From positions 59,586 to 123,585 of the forward strand of contig JAKQEI010000087.1 of NCBI GenBank assembly GCA_029573495.1: a stretch of DNA of 64,000 nt. Direction: 5' to 3'. Under the pieces are notes generated by a model that did not search any database, had not been told where the DNA came from, and worked only from the letters and a program-made list of their open reading frames with translations. Positions 9,020 through 18,326 of the stretch are shown here, piece by piece. The stretch is from Bacteroidota bacterium (lineage in GTDB: Bacteria; Bacteroidota; Bacteroidia; Flavobacteriales_F; PHOS-HE28). The number at the start of each line of letters is the position of its first letter. Position 1 is the stretch's first letter. The position numbers were made by a program, and so were the translations under genes.

Positions 9020-9655
9020 TCAGTTCTCCTCTTCCTCCTTCCTGGGTCGTTCCTTCTTCTCCGGCAGGTAGTAGGTGTAGTGCAGGCCCACCACGAGGTT
9101 CTGCCCGCGGATCACCGGACTGAAGGGCGTTACGCTCTGTTGGATCCGCACTTCGAAGGCCGATGTGCCGATATCCCAACCCATGCCTGCCGCCAGGCTC
9201 ACCTGCGTGCGATTGGTCGTACCGGAAAGGGTGTACTTCTGGTCCGTGAGCACGTTGCCATCCTGCTTCACCTTGTACCGCCCGTTCATCCATAACCCGC
9301 CGATCGCGCCACCGGCCAGGTAGATGCCGCCGGGGTCGTTCTGCAGGCTGAACTTGATCATCACCGGAAGCTCGAGGTAGCCCAAGCGGTTGCTGGTCCA
9401 TGTGCGCAGTTGCGCGTTCTGCACCAGGCTCCCCTTGGTGATGTACATCGGTTCGACGAGGAAGGAGGCTTGCGCCGCCCAGGGGATCTCGAAGGACCAT
9501 CCGAAGAGCGGACCGATCTTGGGAAGCCCGTTCCATTCCAGGAACTGGCCGGCACTGATGGTGGCCAGGCCTACGCCCAACCGCGGACCGGTGCGTACGG
9601 ATTGTGCGCTGAGCGCGCAAGGGACGAGCAGGAGGGAAAGCAGATAGCTGCGCAT
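9020..9655 (-). CDS. Outer-membrane beta-barrel (porin-family/OmpW-like) protein
   Basis: Signal peptide MRSYLLSLLLVPCALSAQS. Alternating amphipathic beta-strand pattern. C-terminal aromatic residue region. Confidence 0.6.
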   Translation of the reverse strand: MRSYLLSLLLVPCALSAQSVRTGPRLGVGLATISAGQFLEWNGLPKIGPLFGWSFEIPWAAQASFLVEPMYITKGSLVQNAQLRTWTSNRLGYLELPVMIKFSLQNDPGGIYLAGGAIGGLWMNGRYKVKQDGNVLTDQKYTLSGTTNRTQVSLAAGMGWDIGTSAFEVRIQQSVTPFSPVIRGQNLVVGLHYTYYLPEKKERPRKEEEEN

Positions 9656-9703
9656 GGTGTGCCGGATCGTCCGCACAAGATCGGACTTCCGCGCGTCTTG
9701 CCG

Positions 9704-10189
9704 CTACCGCTTCTTCAGCGCAGCCATCTTCAGTGCGGCCACCGCACAGTCCACGCCCTTGTTGCCGTGTTTGCCACCGCTCCGGTCCCTGGCTTGCTGC
9801 ATGGTATCATCCGTCAGCAGTCCGAAGATCACCGGCAGGCTGAACTTCAGGCCCACGTCCATGATGCCCTGGGTGGCGCCCTGGCACACGAAGTCGAAGT
9901 GCGGGGTCTCGCCACGCACCACGCTGCCCAGGCAGATCACCCCGTCCAGGGCCTCCTTTTCCAGCAACAGTTGGGCTCCAAGCGCAAGCTCGAAGCTGCC
10001 AGGAACCCAGACCTCCAGGATGTCATGCTCCTTGACACCGTGCCGCAACAAGGTCTCCCGCGCACCTGCTCGCAAGGCGTCGGTCACCTCGCGGTTCCAC
10101 TCGCTCACCACCAGGGCGAAACGACGACCAGCGCCACTGGGGACGCTGGTCGGGTCGTAATGCGATAGATGGTGTTCGGCGGTCGCCAT
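9704..10189 (-). CDS. ribH: 6,7-dimethyl-8-ribityllumazine synthase
   Basis: Full-length match to lumazine synthase pattern (FALVVSEWN, VWVPGSFELA, GVDCAVAAL). Confidence 0.9.
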   Translation of the reverse strand: MATAEHHLSHYDPTSVPSGAGRRFALVVSEWNREVTDALRAGARETLLRHGVKEHDILEVWVPGSFELALGAQLLLEKEALDGVICLGSVVRGETPHFDFVCQGATQGIMDVGLKFSLPVIFGLLTDDTMQQARDRSGGKHGNKGVDCAVAALKMAALKKR

Positions 10190-10192
10190 GGC

Positions 10193-10894
10193 CTAGCCGC
10201 CCATGGCCTCCGCGTGGCCGGCGTACTTCCGTGCGGTGCTGGCTTCCTGACTGGTGGGGAACTCGGTGGCGATGCGCTTGAACGCCTTCGCAGCGCCAGC
10301 CCAGTTGGCCGCCTGTTGGTGCAGGATCCCGGCCTTCATCAGGTACATCGGGGCGATCAGTTCGTTGTTCGTCATGCCCGCGGCCTTCTCGAACTGCTTC
10401 ACCGCCTCATCGGTGCGGCCCAGTTCCACCAGGGCATCGCCTTGGTTGCCCACGGCCATCACGCGCAGGACGTCATCCTCCAGGTCGGCCTTCTTGTAAT
10501 GGTCCAGTGCGGCTTCGAATTCGCCCTGCTGCATGTAGATGGCCCCCAGGTAGTAATGCGCCAGGTTGCCGCTCGGGGTGCTGCCATGGTCCTCGGCGAT
10601 GCTGAGGAAGCCCGGCCACTGGCCATCGCCATCGAGCGCCTTGGTGAGTGAGTCCACTTCGAAGTAATACTCCGCTTTCCACATCATCTCGGCCGCCTCG
10701 GTCGCAGCGGGTTCAGCGATCAACTTCTTGTAGCCCAGGAGGCCGCCCACCACTACCAGAACGCCCACCACCCCGATGGTGATGGCCTTCTTGTTGTTCT
10801 CGATGAACAGCTCGGTACGGGTGTACACCTGACCCAGGTCCACGTCCTTGCTTTCCGTGGTGGTCGCGTGGTGCGGGTTCACTTTATTGCTCAT
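10193..10894 (-). CDS. Membrane-anchored tetratricopeptide-repeat protein
   Basis: In-frame ATG at 10894 (MSNKVN). Single TM helix, then TPR-like repeats. Conserved neighbour of ribH in Bacteroidota. Confidence 0.65.
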   Translation of the reverse strand: MSNKVNPHHATTTESKDVDLGQVYTRTELFIENNKKAITIGVVGVLVVVGGLLGYKKLIAEPAATEAAEMMWKAEYYFEVDSLTKALDGDGQWPGFLSIAEDHGSTPSGNLAHYYLGAIYMQQGEFEAALDHYKKADLEDDVLRVMAVGNQGDALVELGRTDEAVKQFEKAAGMTNNELIAPMYLMKAGILHQQAANWAGAAKAFKRIATEFPTSQEASTARKYAGHAEAMGG

Positions 10895-11047
10895 GGTCTG
10901 TCTAAGGAGCGGCAAAAGTAGACCTTTTAGGGACTTGGGGATGAGCCATCTACCGGCTTATGGACAGTGGTTGGTCGATAGCGGGGCGGCCTGCCTTCCA
11001 GGAAGTCCGGGCGCAGGGGGGGCATGCGGTTACCTTTGGCCCCGGTC

Positions 11048-12181
11048 ATGCGGTTCCACCTTGCCAGCCTGTCACTCTTGCATTTCCGCAACCACCGCGA
11101 GGCGGAGGTGGAGCTCGGTTCCGAAGTGAACTGCTTCGTGGGTCCGAACGGGGTGGGGAAGACCAACTTGCTCGATGCGGTGCATTACCTGTCCCTGGCG
11201 AAAAGCTACTTCGACCCGGTGGACACCCACAACATCCTGCACGGGGAGGAGTTGTTCATGGTGCAAGGCCGGATGCACACCGCCGAAGGGGAGGATGCCA
11301 TCCTTTGCAGCGTGCGCAACGGGCAGCGCAAGATCCTCAGCCGCAACAAGAAGGAGTACGACCGTCTCGCGGATCATGTGGGCCGCTACCCGGTGGTGAT
11401 GATCACGCCCTACGATGGCCAGCTCATCCTGGAGGGTTCCGAGGTCCGCCGGCGTTTCCTCGATGGCCTGATCGCCCAGTTCGATCGGGCCTACCTCGAC
11501 GCCCTGATCCGTTACAACCGCTCGCTGGCACAGCGCAACACCATGTTGAAGGCATTCGCCGAGATGGGCGGTGGATCATTGGACCAGCTGGAACCTTGGG
11601 ATGAACAACTCATCCAATACGGCAGCGCGGTATTCGAGGTGCGCAATGCCTTCATGCAGGAGCTGGTCCCGCTGCTCGAACGCCATTATGCCGGGATCAG
11701 CGCAGGACCGGAACGGGTGGCATTGTCCTATCGATCCGCTGTCGAGGCCATGCCCATGCGCGAGCTCTTGCGCAAGGCCTGGGATCGCGACCGGTCTGCT
11801 GGGCACACCACGCAGGGCATCCACAAGGACGACCTCCTGTTCACCATCAATGGCCAGCCGCTCAAACGCTATGGTTCACAGGGGCAGCAGAAGACCTACC
11901 TCATCGCACTGAAGCTGGCCCAGTTCGACCTCACCCAGCAACGGAACGGCTTGCGGCCCATCCTCTTGCTGGACGACATCTTCGACAAGATCGACCCGCA
12001 ACGTATGCGCCACCTGCTGAAGCTGTTGAGCGATCAACGCTTTGGCCAGGTCCTCATCACCGATACCGATGCCAGCCGCCTGCACATGGCGTTGGATGGC
12101 CTCGACCTGGATGTGCGTTTCTTCCACCTGGACCACGATAGACCGCTGACCCGTGAAAAAGTCGAACGAACGATCGCTTAA
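11048..12181 (+). CDS. recF: DNA replication and repair protein RecF
   Basis: Walker A GPNGVGKTN, RecF signature and ABC-like motifs (LLLDDIF). ATG at 11048 (MRFHLASL). Confidence 0.9.
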   Translation: MRFHLASLSLLHFRNHREAEVELGSEVNCFVGPNGVGKTNLLDAVHYLSLAKSYFDPVDTHNILHGEELFMVQGRMHTAEGEDAILCSVRNGQRKILSRNKKEYDRLADHVGRYPVVMITPYDGQLILEGSEVRRRFLDGLIAQFDRAYLDALIRYNRSLAQRNTMLKAFAEMGGGSLDQLEPWDEQLIQYGSAVFEVRNAFMQELVPLLERHYAGISAGPERVALSYRSAVEAMPMRELLRKAWDRDRSAGHTTQGIHKDDLLFTINGQPLKRYGSQGQQKTYLIALKLAQFDLTQQRNGLRPILLLDDIFDKIDPQRMRHLLKLLSDQRFGQVLITDTDASRLHMALDGLDLDVRFFHLDHDRPLTREKVERTIA

Positions 12182-12188
12182 GTCCGCC

Positions 12189-12443
12189 ATGGAGCAGCTG
12201 ATCGACAGCTACGGCCTGCGGGAGAAGATGGACGAACTGGACATCACCACCGGCTGGGACCAGGCCGTGGGTCCCATGATCGCGCGCCATACCAAGAGCG
12301 TGCGACTCCGCAAGGGGCGGTTGAACGTGAAGGTGGATTCGGCCCCGCTGCGCCATGAGCTTGGCTTCATGCGGGAGACGCTCATCGAGATCCTCAACCG
12401 TCGCGCCGGGCGTAAGGTGGTGGAGGAGATCGTGCTGGAGTGA
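12189..12443 (+). CDS. DUF721 domain protein (RecF-associated)
   Basis: Conserved recF-downstream small protein. ATG MEQLIDS at 12189 just after recF stop. ORF track GTG start at 12153 would overlap recF. Confidence 0.7.
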   Translation: MEQLIDSYGLREKMDELDITTGWDQAVGPMIARHTKSVRLRKGRLNVKVDSAPLRHELGFMRETLIEILNRRAGRKVVEEIVLE

Positions 12444-12470
12444 ATGCCAGTTCTTAGTTGGCAGTCCGCA

Positions 12471-12512
12471 GTTGGCAGTGGAACGCCCTCAACGGTGCAT
12501 TCCACTGCCAAC
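12471..12512. terminator. Putative bidirectional terminator/hairpin between convergent DUF721 gene and ndk
   Basis: Perfect 13-bp inverted repeat GTTGGCAGTGGAA/TTCCACTGCCAAC with 16-nt loop, plus extra direct copy of AGTTGGCAGT at 12456-12465. Confidence 0.5.
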
Positions 12513-12538
12513 TGCCCACTCAGAACTGCTTACTTGAG

Positions 12539-12955
12539 CTAGAACCGCTCGCGTCCGCTGAAGAAGAAGTTGCCTTCGATCTCCGCGTTCGCGTCGCTAT
12601 CGCTGCCGTGGCAGGCGTTCTTCGCCTTGCTTTCCGCGAACCGCTTGCGGATGGTACCTTCCTCGGCCTGCGCGGGGTCCGTGGCGCCGATCAACTTCCG
12701 GAAATCCTCCACGGCATTGGTCTTCTCCAGGATGGCGGCGAAGATGGGGCCGCTGGCCATGTAGTCCACCAGCTCGCCATAGAAGGGGCGCTCCTTGTGC
12801 ACTTCGTAGAAGGTGCCGGCCTCCTCGCGGGACAGGCGGGTGTACTTGAGGGCGATGATCTTGAAGCCGTTGCTGGTGATCATATCGATGATCTTGCCTG
12901 CATGTCCGGCGGCCACGGCCTCCGGTTTGATCATCGTGAAAGTTCGGTTGCTCAT
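12539..12955 (-). CDS. ndk: Nucleoside diphosphate kinase
   Basis: NDK signature ([10 protein letters not shown] ... NACHGSDS with active-site His). Confidence 0.9.
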   Translation of the reverse strand: MSNRTFTMIKPEAVAAGHAGKIIDMITSNGFKIIALKYTRLSREEAGTFYEVHKERPFYGELVDYMASGPIFAAILEKTNAVEDFRKLIGATDPAQAEEGTIRKRFAESKAKNACHGSDSDANAEIEGNFFFSGRERF

Positions 12956-13101
12956 GCGCGTAATGCCGTTCAGGGCGTTGATTGTTGAAAAAGCCGCGCA
13001 AAACTACTTGTTGTATCGTTCCGGGCATCCCTCCCGTAGAAGCTTCCTTCGTACTGTGGAACGGCGGTGTCGCTCCGCGCTCCCAAACACTTTCTACCAC
13101 G

Positions 13102-13986
13102 ATGGGACTTACACTACGCGCTCTCCCGCTCCTGGCCGTGCTTGCCACCGCATGCGGCGGAGGGGAGGAGCCACAAGCCGACGACAAGGGGCCGAACCTG
13201 ATCATCGGGAACGACGGGGCCGAGAGCTCCGTGGCCAGCCTGTACCAGATGCCCACCCCGAACGAGCTCTTCAGCCTGGTGCGGCAGATGGCGGGAGATG
13301 GTCAGAAACGGCTGATGAACCCGGTATCCAATGTGGACCGCTATGCCACCCTGAAGGCACGCGCCCTCAACTTCGGCATCTATTCCACCGATCTGGTCTT
13401 CGCGAGCTACTTCAAATTGAACGTGGAGGTGGTGCGGTATTACCTCACCACCAAGAAGCTGGCCGAGAGCCTGGGCATCGTCAGTGCCTTCTCCGATGCC
13501 GACTTCGTGCGGCTGGAAGCGAACCTGACGCGTGGGGATTCTCTCGAGATCATCAGCAACGACGCATATGCAAAGGCCTATGCCAAGCTTCAGGATGAGA
13601 AGATGGGACCGACCCTTTCCTTGGTCCTGGCCGGTGGCTGGGTGGAGAGCATGCATCTCCTCCTCAACCAGATCGAGGCGCATGGGAGCAGCCCGGAGCT
13701 CATGGACCGAGTGGGTGAACAGAAGGTCACCCTGGAGCACCTCGTGGACATGATGCGACCGAACGAGTCGGACGCGGATGTGGCCTCGGTGATGACGGAC
13801 CTCCTCGCCATACGCGATATCTACGACCAGGTGAACGTGAAACGCGTCGTGCACCAAGGTCCGTCGACCACGGGTCGCATGGTCCTCGGGGATGATGTGG
13901 AGGTGGAGTTGACGGACGAGAAGTACCAGGCGTTGAAGACCGCGGTCGATGAATTGCGTGGCCGCATGATCCAGCCGGAGGCCTAG
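13102..13986 (+). CDS. Hypothetical lipoprotein
   Basis: In-frame ATG at 13102; lipobox LATAC. N-terminal 40 aa of track ORF rejected as extension. Confidence 0.5.
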   Translation: MGLTLRALPLLAVLATACGGGEEPQADDKGPNLIIGNDGAESSVASLYQMPTPNELFSLVRQMAGDGQKRLMNPVSNVDRYATLKARALNFGIYSTDLVFASYFKLNVEVVRYYLTTKKLAESLGIVSAFSDADFVRLEANLTRGDSLEIISNDAYAKAYAKLQDEKMGPTLSLVLAGGWVESMHLLLNQIEAHGSSPELMDRVGEQKVTLEHLVDMMRPNESDADVASVMTDLLAIRDIYDQVNVKRVVHQGPSTTGRMVLGDDVEVELTDEKYQALKTAVDELRGRMIQPEA

Positions 13987-14010
13987 AAGAACACCCGAAC
14001 GAGAAGACCG

Positions 14011-14625
14011 ATGAAACCGACCATGAAGAGCACCATCCTGATCACCGCGATGTGCGGTGCGTTGGGGGCCGCTGCCCAGTACAAGTGCACCGACTACCAT
14101 CGGCTGAACGGGAACCTGAGCAACGACAAGCGTTTCTCCATCAACGGCCAGAGCAAGAGCGCCATGGTCCAGGTGGGCAAGGAGACCGAGTTGAACATCA
14201 TCGTGTACAGCGGCCAGGACTATCGGATCTCCGTTGCCCACGATGAAAAGGTGCTGGGCGACGACCTGGCCATCCGGCTGGTGGAGAAGTACCGCGTTCC
14301 GACCGATGAGGTATCCGGAGGCACCACCAAACAGCCGGTGATGGATGACCAGGGCCGCACGACCGGCAGTACCGTGGAGGTGAAGACGCAGGAGAAGAAG
14401 AGGACCTACAAGGAAGAGGAGAAGGTGCTCTGGGACAATACGGAGCACGACATGGCCAAAGAGGTCGAGTTCACCTGCACGGCCACCAAGCGCATCGCGG
14501 TCGAGGTCGTAGCGCCAGGTAACAGCGAGGCGAAGACCAAGCGGGGAGAGCCGAACGATATCGGATGTGTGGGCATCCTCATCGAGCACATGCCGACACC
14601 GGCCGTCGGATTCGAGGCACGCTGA
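14011..14625 (+). CDS. Hypothetical secreted protein
   Basis: ATG start, signal peptide MKSTILITAMCGALGAAAQ. No recognisable motif. Confidence 0.5.
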   Translation: MKPTMKSTILITAMCGALGAAAQYKCTDYHRLNGNLSNDKRFSINGQSKSAMVQVGKETELNIIVYSGQDYRISVAHDEKVLGDDLAIRLVEKYRVPTDEVSGGTTKQPVMDDQGRTTGSTVEVKTQEKKRTYKEEEKVLWDNTEHDMAKEVEFTCTATKRIAVEVVAPGNSEAKTKRGEPNDIGCVGILIEHMPTPAVGFEAR

Positions 14626-14678
14626 GCGCATCCGCGTACTTTTGCGACCCGCCTCCAGGCGGGTCGCTTCGTTCAGCC

Positions 14679-15695
14679 ATGTCCCTTCCGCCCGATCAAC
14701 TCGCCATCCTCCGGGAGATCCTGGTGAAGCCGCGCCGCGTGGCCATCGTCTCGCATCACAACCCGGACGGCGATGCCGTGGGGTCGACCCTGGGGCTCAT
14801 GCAGCTCCTGAGGGCCAACGGTCATCACGCGCGCGTGGTCCTGCCCAATACCCCGGCGGACTTCCTCGACTGGCTTCCTGGTCGTGGTGATGTGTTGTGC
14901 CTGGATCGTTCACCGGACGCCGCGCTTTCCACCGTCCGTACCTGTGACGTGGTGATCTGCGCCGACTTCAACCGCCTTGACCGGATAGGCGGTCTTGAGG
15001 AGGCGGTGCGCGGTGTGACGACCAAGGTGCTCATCGATCACCACCAGGATCCGGAGGCCTTCGCGAAGGCCACCTTCTCCGACACCAGCGCGAGCAGCAC
15101 CTGCCAGATGGTGGTGGATCTGGCCCTGGCCATGGGTTGGGACGGGAACATCAACACCGACGTGGCCACCTGTCTATATACGGGCATGGTCACGGATTCG
15201 GGTTCCTTCCGGTTCCGCAGCACCACGCCGCACACCCTGCGGACGGCCGCCCTGCTGCTCGAGCGTGGGGTCGACCTGGACCTGGTGCACAACGCCATCT
15301 CCGATACGAACAGTGCCGATCGCCTGCGGCTGCTCGGCTTCACCCTGCAGGAGCGGATGACCGTGATGCCCGAGCACCGCACGGTCATCATCGGGCTGGG
15401 CCAGGATGATCTGAAGCGCTTCCACTTCAAACAGGGCGACACCGAAGGCTTCGTGAATTATGGACTATCCATCAAGGGTATCCGGCTCGCGGCCTTCTTC
15501 ATGGAACATCCCGATATGGTGAAGATCAGCCTGCGCTCAAAGGGCGACCTGCCGGTGGACCGTTTCCTGAAGGAACACTTCCAGGGCGGTGGTCACCAGA
15601 ACGCCGCCGGTGGGAAGTCCACCTTGAGCCTCGAGGCCACCGTGGGACGGTTCATGTCGCTGCTACCCGCCTTCCTGCAAGCGCACCCGGGATGA
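14679..15695 (+). CDS. nrnA: DHH-family phosphoesterase (NrnA-like bifunctional oligoribonuclease/pAp phosphatase)
   Basis: DHH motifs (HHNPDGDAVGS, DHH at IDHHQD) and DHHA1-type GGGH motif (QGGGHQNAAG). ATG MSLPPDQ at 14679; upstream part of track ORF is extension. Confidence 0.8.
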   Translation: MSLPPDQLAILREILVKPRRVAIVSHHNPDGDAVGSTLGLMQLLRANGHHARVVLPNTPADFLDWLPGRGDVLCLDRSPDAALSTVRTCDVVICADFNRLDRIGGLEEAVRGVTTKVLIDHHQDPEAFAKATFSDTSASSTCQMVVDLALAMGWDGNINTDVATCLYTGMVTDSGSFRFRSTTPHTLRTAALLLERGVDLDLVHNAISDTNSADRLRLLGFTLQERMTVMPEHRTVIIGLGQDDLKRFHFKQGDTEGFVNYGLSIKGIRLAAFFMEHPDMVKISLRSKGDLPVDRFLKEHFQGGGHQNAAGGKSTLSLEATVGRFMSLLPAFLQAHPG

Positions 15696-16213
15696 AAGGC
15701 ATCTTGCTCCTGTTGTGCATGTTGATCATCGGGTGTGATCGAGATCGTCGCCATCCCGGGAAGAAGGCCCAGCCGACGAATGCACAGGAACTCGTGCAGG
15801 CGAACAAGGAAGCGGTGAAGCTGGAACAGCACGACATCAGGTTGTACGCTGAGCGCCTTGGCCTCGCGCTCACGCCCACCGGCACGGGTGTCCACATCCA
15901 GATGATCCGTGACAAGGAAGGTCCGACGGCCATGCCGGACCAATGGGCGAAGGTGAACTACCGGTTGGAACTTTTGAACGGTGATACCGCGTACAGCACC
16001 GAGCCTGGTCGACCGGAATCGTTCATGGTGGAGATGGATCAGGTGGAGAGCGGCCTGCACGAGGCGATCCAGTTGCTGAGCGCGGGCGATAGCGCCATCA
16101 TCATCATCCCTTCCTATCGGGCCCACGGCCTCATTGGTGATCAGGACCGCATCCCCATGCGCAGTAGCATCGTCTATCGCATCGGTGTGGTCGGTATCTC
16201 GGACCGGCCATGA
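15692..16213 (+). CDS. FKBP-type peptidyl-prolyl cis-trans isomerase lipoprotein
   Basis: Lipobox LIIGC. FKBP domain features. ATGA overlap with nrnA stop. Confidence 0.75.
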   Translation: MKGILLLLCMLIIGCDRDRRHPGKKAQPTNAQELVQANKEAVKLEQHDIRLYAERLGLALTPTGTGVHIQMIRDKEGPTAMPDQWAKVNYRLELLNGDTAYSTEPGRPESFMVEMDQVESGLHEAIQLLSAGDSAIIIIPSYRAHGLIGDQDRIPMRSSIVYRIGVVGISDRP

Positions 16214-17091
16214 TCAGGTTCTTCGGCCTCGTTGCGACCACCGTGTTGCTCAACTCGTGCGCCCGATCACCTTATGATGGCTACAAGGTCGTCGCGGACG
16301 ATGTTCACCTCCATTTGCTCACGCTCGGCGATGGTGAGGAACTCGCATCGGACAGCGACTCGGTCTACGTCCGCTTGCGCATGGGGCGGGTGGCCGGAGA
16401 GGTCGGCGGTCTCTTCAGCACGGAGCGCGCCTACCTGGCGAAGGACATCCGCACGGGGGCGATGGGACCGGTGTTGCATCGCATGCACGTCGGCGACAGC
16501 CTCAGCGTGATCGCGCCTGCGGAGCAATGGCCGTGGGAGGTGTTCACCGAGGGGATGAGGGTGGATCATCCGGACACGGGGATGGTGCGACTCGAGGTCG
16601 CGCTGTTGGATCTGCGGACACCGGCCATCATGCGCGCGGAGGCTGAACGACTGCGGCGGAATGACCCGCTTGCTTACGAAATGCAATTGATCCATGCGTA
16701 CGTGCAGGCGTCGCCGGTCCCGTTCCTACGTTGGGGCACCAGTGACATCCGTTACCATATCAAGGGCACGCCAACGGATACCGCTGCCGTGGCCCAGCGC
16801 GATGTGGTGACTATCAGTTACCAAGGCCGAAACCTGGAAGGCGGTCGCCTGTTCGACGATACCGGGCGCAATGGGGCGCCGCTCACCTTCGTCTTCGGCG
16901 ACAAGGACCAGGTGATCCAAGGTCTGGAGGTCGCGGTGAGCCTGCTGCGCGAAGGGCAGGAGGGTACCTTTCTGTTCCCGAGCCTGTTCGCCTTCGGAGA
17001 GAAGGGGATCCCGGGTGTGCTGGAACCGAACACGCCCGTGGCGTACACGGTCCACTTGGAAAGAGTGGAACGGTCGCGTCCAGTTCCTTAG
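16210..17091 (+). CDS. FKBP-type peptidyl-prolyl cis-trans isomerase (two-domain)
   Basis: C-terminal FKBP domain (VISYQGRNLEGGRLFDDT ... QVIQGLEVAVSLLREGQEGTFLFPSLFAFGEKG). 4-bp overlap with upstream FKBP. Confidence 0.75.
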   Translation: MIRFFGLVATTVLLNSCARSPYDGYKVVADDVHLHLLTLGDGEELASDSDSVYVRLRMGRVAGEVGGLFSTERAYLAKDIRTGAMGPVLHRMHVGDSLSVIAPAEQWPWEVFTEGMRVDHPDTGMVRLEVALLDLRTPAIMRAEAERLRRNDPLAYEMQLIHAYVQASPVPFLRWGTSDIRYHIKGTPTDTAAVAQRDVVTISYQGRNLEGGRLFDDTGRNGAPLTFVFGDKDQVIQGLEVAVSLLREGQEGTFLFPSLFAFGEKGIPGVLEPNTPVAYTVHLERVERSRPVP

Positions 17092-17816
17092 CGCGCGCTG
17101 CTGCCGATGATGAGGACGGCGGGTCGCTTGCCCAATAGCGGGATGGACCGGCGCCACTCGCCGATGGAGCGTGTGATCGTTGATCCGCCGGGCTGGGTCA
17201 GGTCGATGGCGATCGTCAACAAGGTGCTCGGTCCGAGTTGATCGAGCAGGTCCTTCAACAGCGCATCATTGCGGTACGGTGTTTCGATGAAGAGCTGCGC
17301 CGCACCGGTCCGCCGGGCATCCTGTTCCAGCCGACCGATCGCGACCTTGCGTTCGTATGGCTTCACGGGCAGGTAGCCGTGGAAGGTGAAGCGCTGGCCG
17401 TTCAGGCCGGATGCGGCCAACGCGAGGAAGAGCGAGCTCGGTCCGATCAATGAGACCACGTCGATCCCCGCCCGATGAGCGGCGGCCACCAGCACGGCAC
17501 CAGGGTCGGCGATGCCTGGCATGCCCGCCTCACTGACAATGGCCGCATCCCTTCCGTTGCGCATCAGCTTGATCAGTTCGTCCGCCTCCGCGCGGTCCGT
17601 GTTCTTATCCAGCCGATGGATCTCCAACGCGGGCAGTTCGATCGCAGGCACCATGCGCCGCAGCATCTGCCGCGCGGTCTTCTCATGCTCCGCGAAGTAG
17701 AGGGTCGTGCGTTCGACCACCGCGATGTTCTCCGGCGGCAGCTGCTCCACACCGCCTGCTTCACCCAGCCACACAGGCAGCAGATACAAGGTGCCGGACT
17801 CCTCAACCGTTGACAT
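17088..17816 (-). CDS. SAM-dependent methyltransferase of tetrapyrrole-methylase superfamily (RsmI/YraL-like)
   Basis: TP-methylase fold pattern (YLLPVWLG..., ETPYRNDALLKDL). 242 aa. Confidence 0.75.
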   Translation of the reverse strand: MSTVEESGTLYLLPVWLGEAGGVEQLPPENIAVVERTTLYFAEHEKTARQMLRRMVPAIELPALEIHRLDKNTDRAEADELIKLMRNGRDAAIVSEAGMPGIADPGAVLVAAAHRAGIDVVSLIGPSSLFLALAASGLNGQRFTFHGYLPVKPYERKVAIGRLEQDARRTGAAQLFIETPYRNDALLKDLLDQLGPSTLLTIAIDLTQPGGSTITRSIGEWRRSIPLLGKRPAVLIIGSSAR

Positions 17817-18261
17817 CGACGATCAGATTGGTGCAGGCGATGGTGAGCATCTGGTACACTTCCTCGAACCCTTCATCGCCACCGAAGTACGGATCGGGCA
17901 CCTCGCGCAAGGCGTGGTCGGGTGCGTGGTCCATCATCAGCCGCGCCTTCATCGCATGGTCCTTGGACGGGGCGAGCCGCCGCATGTTCTGCAGGTTGTT
18001 CGCATCCATCGCGAGCAGCAGGTCGAACTCCTCGAAATCCGATACATGGAGCTGCCTTGCCCGCAGGTCGCTGATGTCGATGCCATGGTCCTGCATCGCT
18101 TTCATCGCGCGCCTGTCCGGCTGCTCGCCCACGTGGTAGTCACCGGTGCCTGCGGAATCCGTGCGCCAGTCGAGTCCCTGCTTCCGGATCATGTCGCGCA
18201 GGATGCCTTCTGCCATGGGTGAACGGCAGATGTTGCCCAGGCAGACGAGGAGGATCTTCAT
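17803..18261 (-). CDS. Low-molecular-weight protein tyrosine phosphatase
   Basis: P-loop CLGNICRSPMAEG and DPYFG motif. In-frame ATG MKILLVC at 18261; 204-aa N-terminal extension of track ORF rejected. Confidence 0.85.
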   Translation of the reverse strand: MKILLVCLGNICRSPMAEGILRDMIRKQGLDWRTDSAGTGDYHVGEQPDRRAMKAMQDHGIDISDLRARQLHVSDFEEFDLLLAMDANNLQNMRRLAPSKDHAMKARLMMDHAPDHALREVPDPYFGGDEGFEEVYQMLTIACTNLIVDVNG

Positions 18262-18280
18262 GCGACGAAGATGGGAAATG

Positions 18281-18303
18281 AAAAAGCCTCCTTTGCGGGA
18301 GGC
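18281..18303 (-). terminator. Rho-independent terminator downstream of dnaA
   Basis: On minus strand, GCCTCC-6 nt loop-GGAGGC hairpin (18286-18303) followed by TTTTT (18281-18285), 24 nt after dnaA stop. Confidence 0.6.
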
Positions 18304-18326
18304 TTCTTCGGGTCGTTCGATCGGGT

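Noticed and set aside
8352-9620. 422-aa minus ORF read as one gene
   Set aside because: Only the C-terminal 215 aa (DUF2238 membrane protein from ATG at 8999) is a credible protein. The N-terminal half is the out-of-frame antisense of nothing recognisable and overlaps the real OMP gene (9020..9655) on the same strand.
13114-14631. 505-aa minus-strand ORF covering the lipoprotein/secreted protein genes
   Set aside because: Antisense artefact. Its translation is low-complexity (L/H/R/G-rich), whereas the + strand genes have signal peptides and normal composition.
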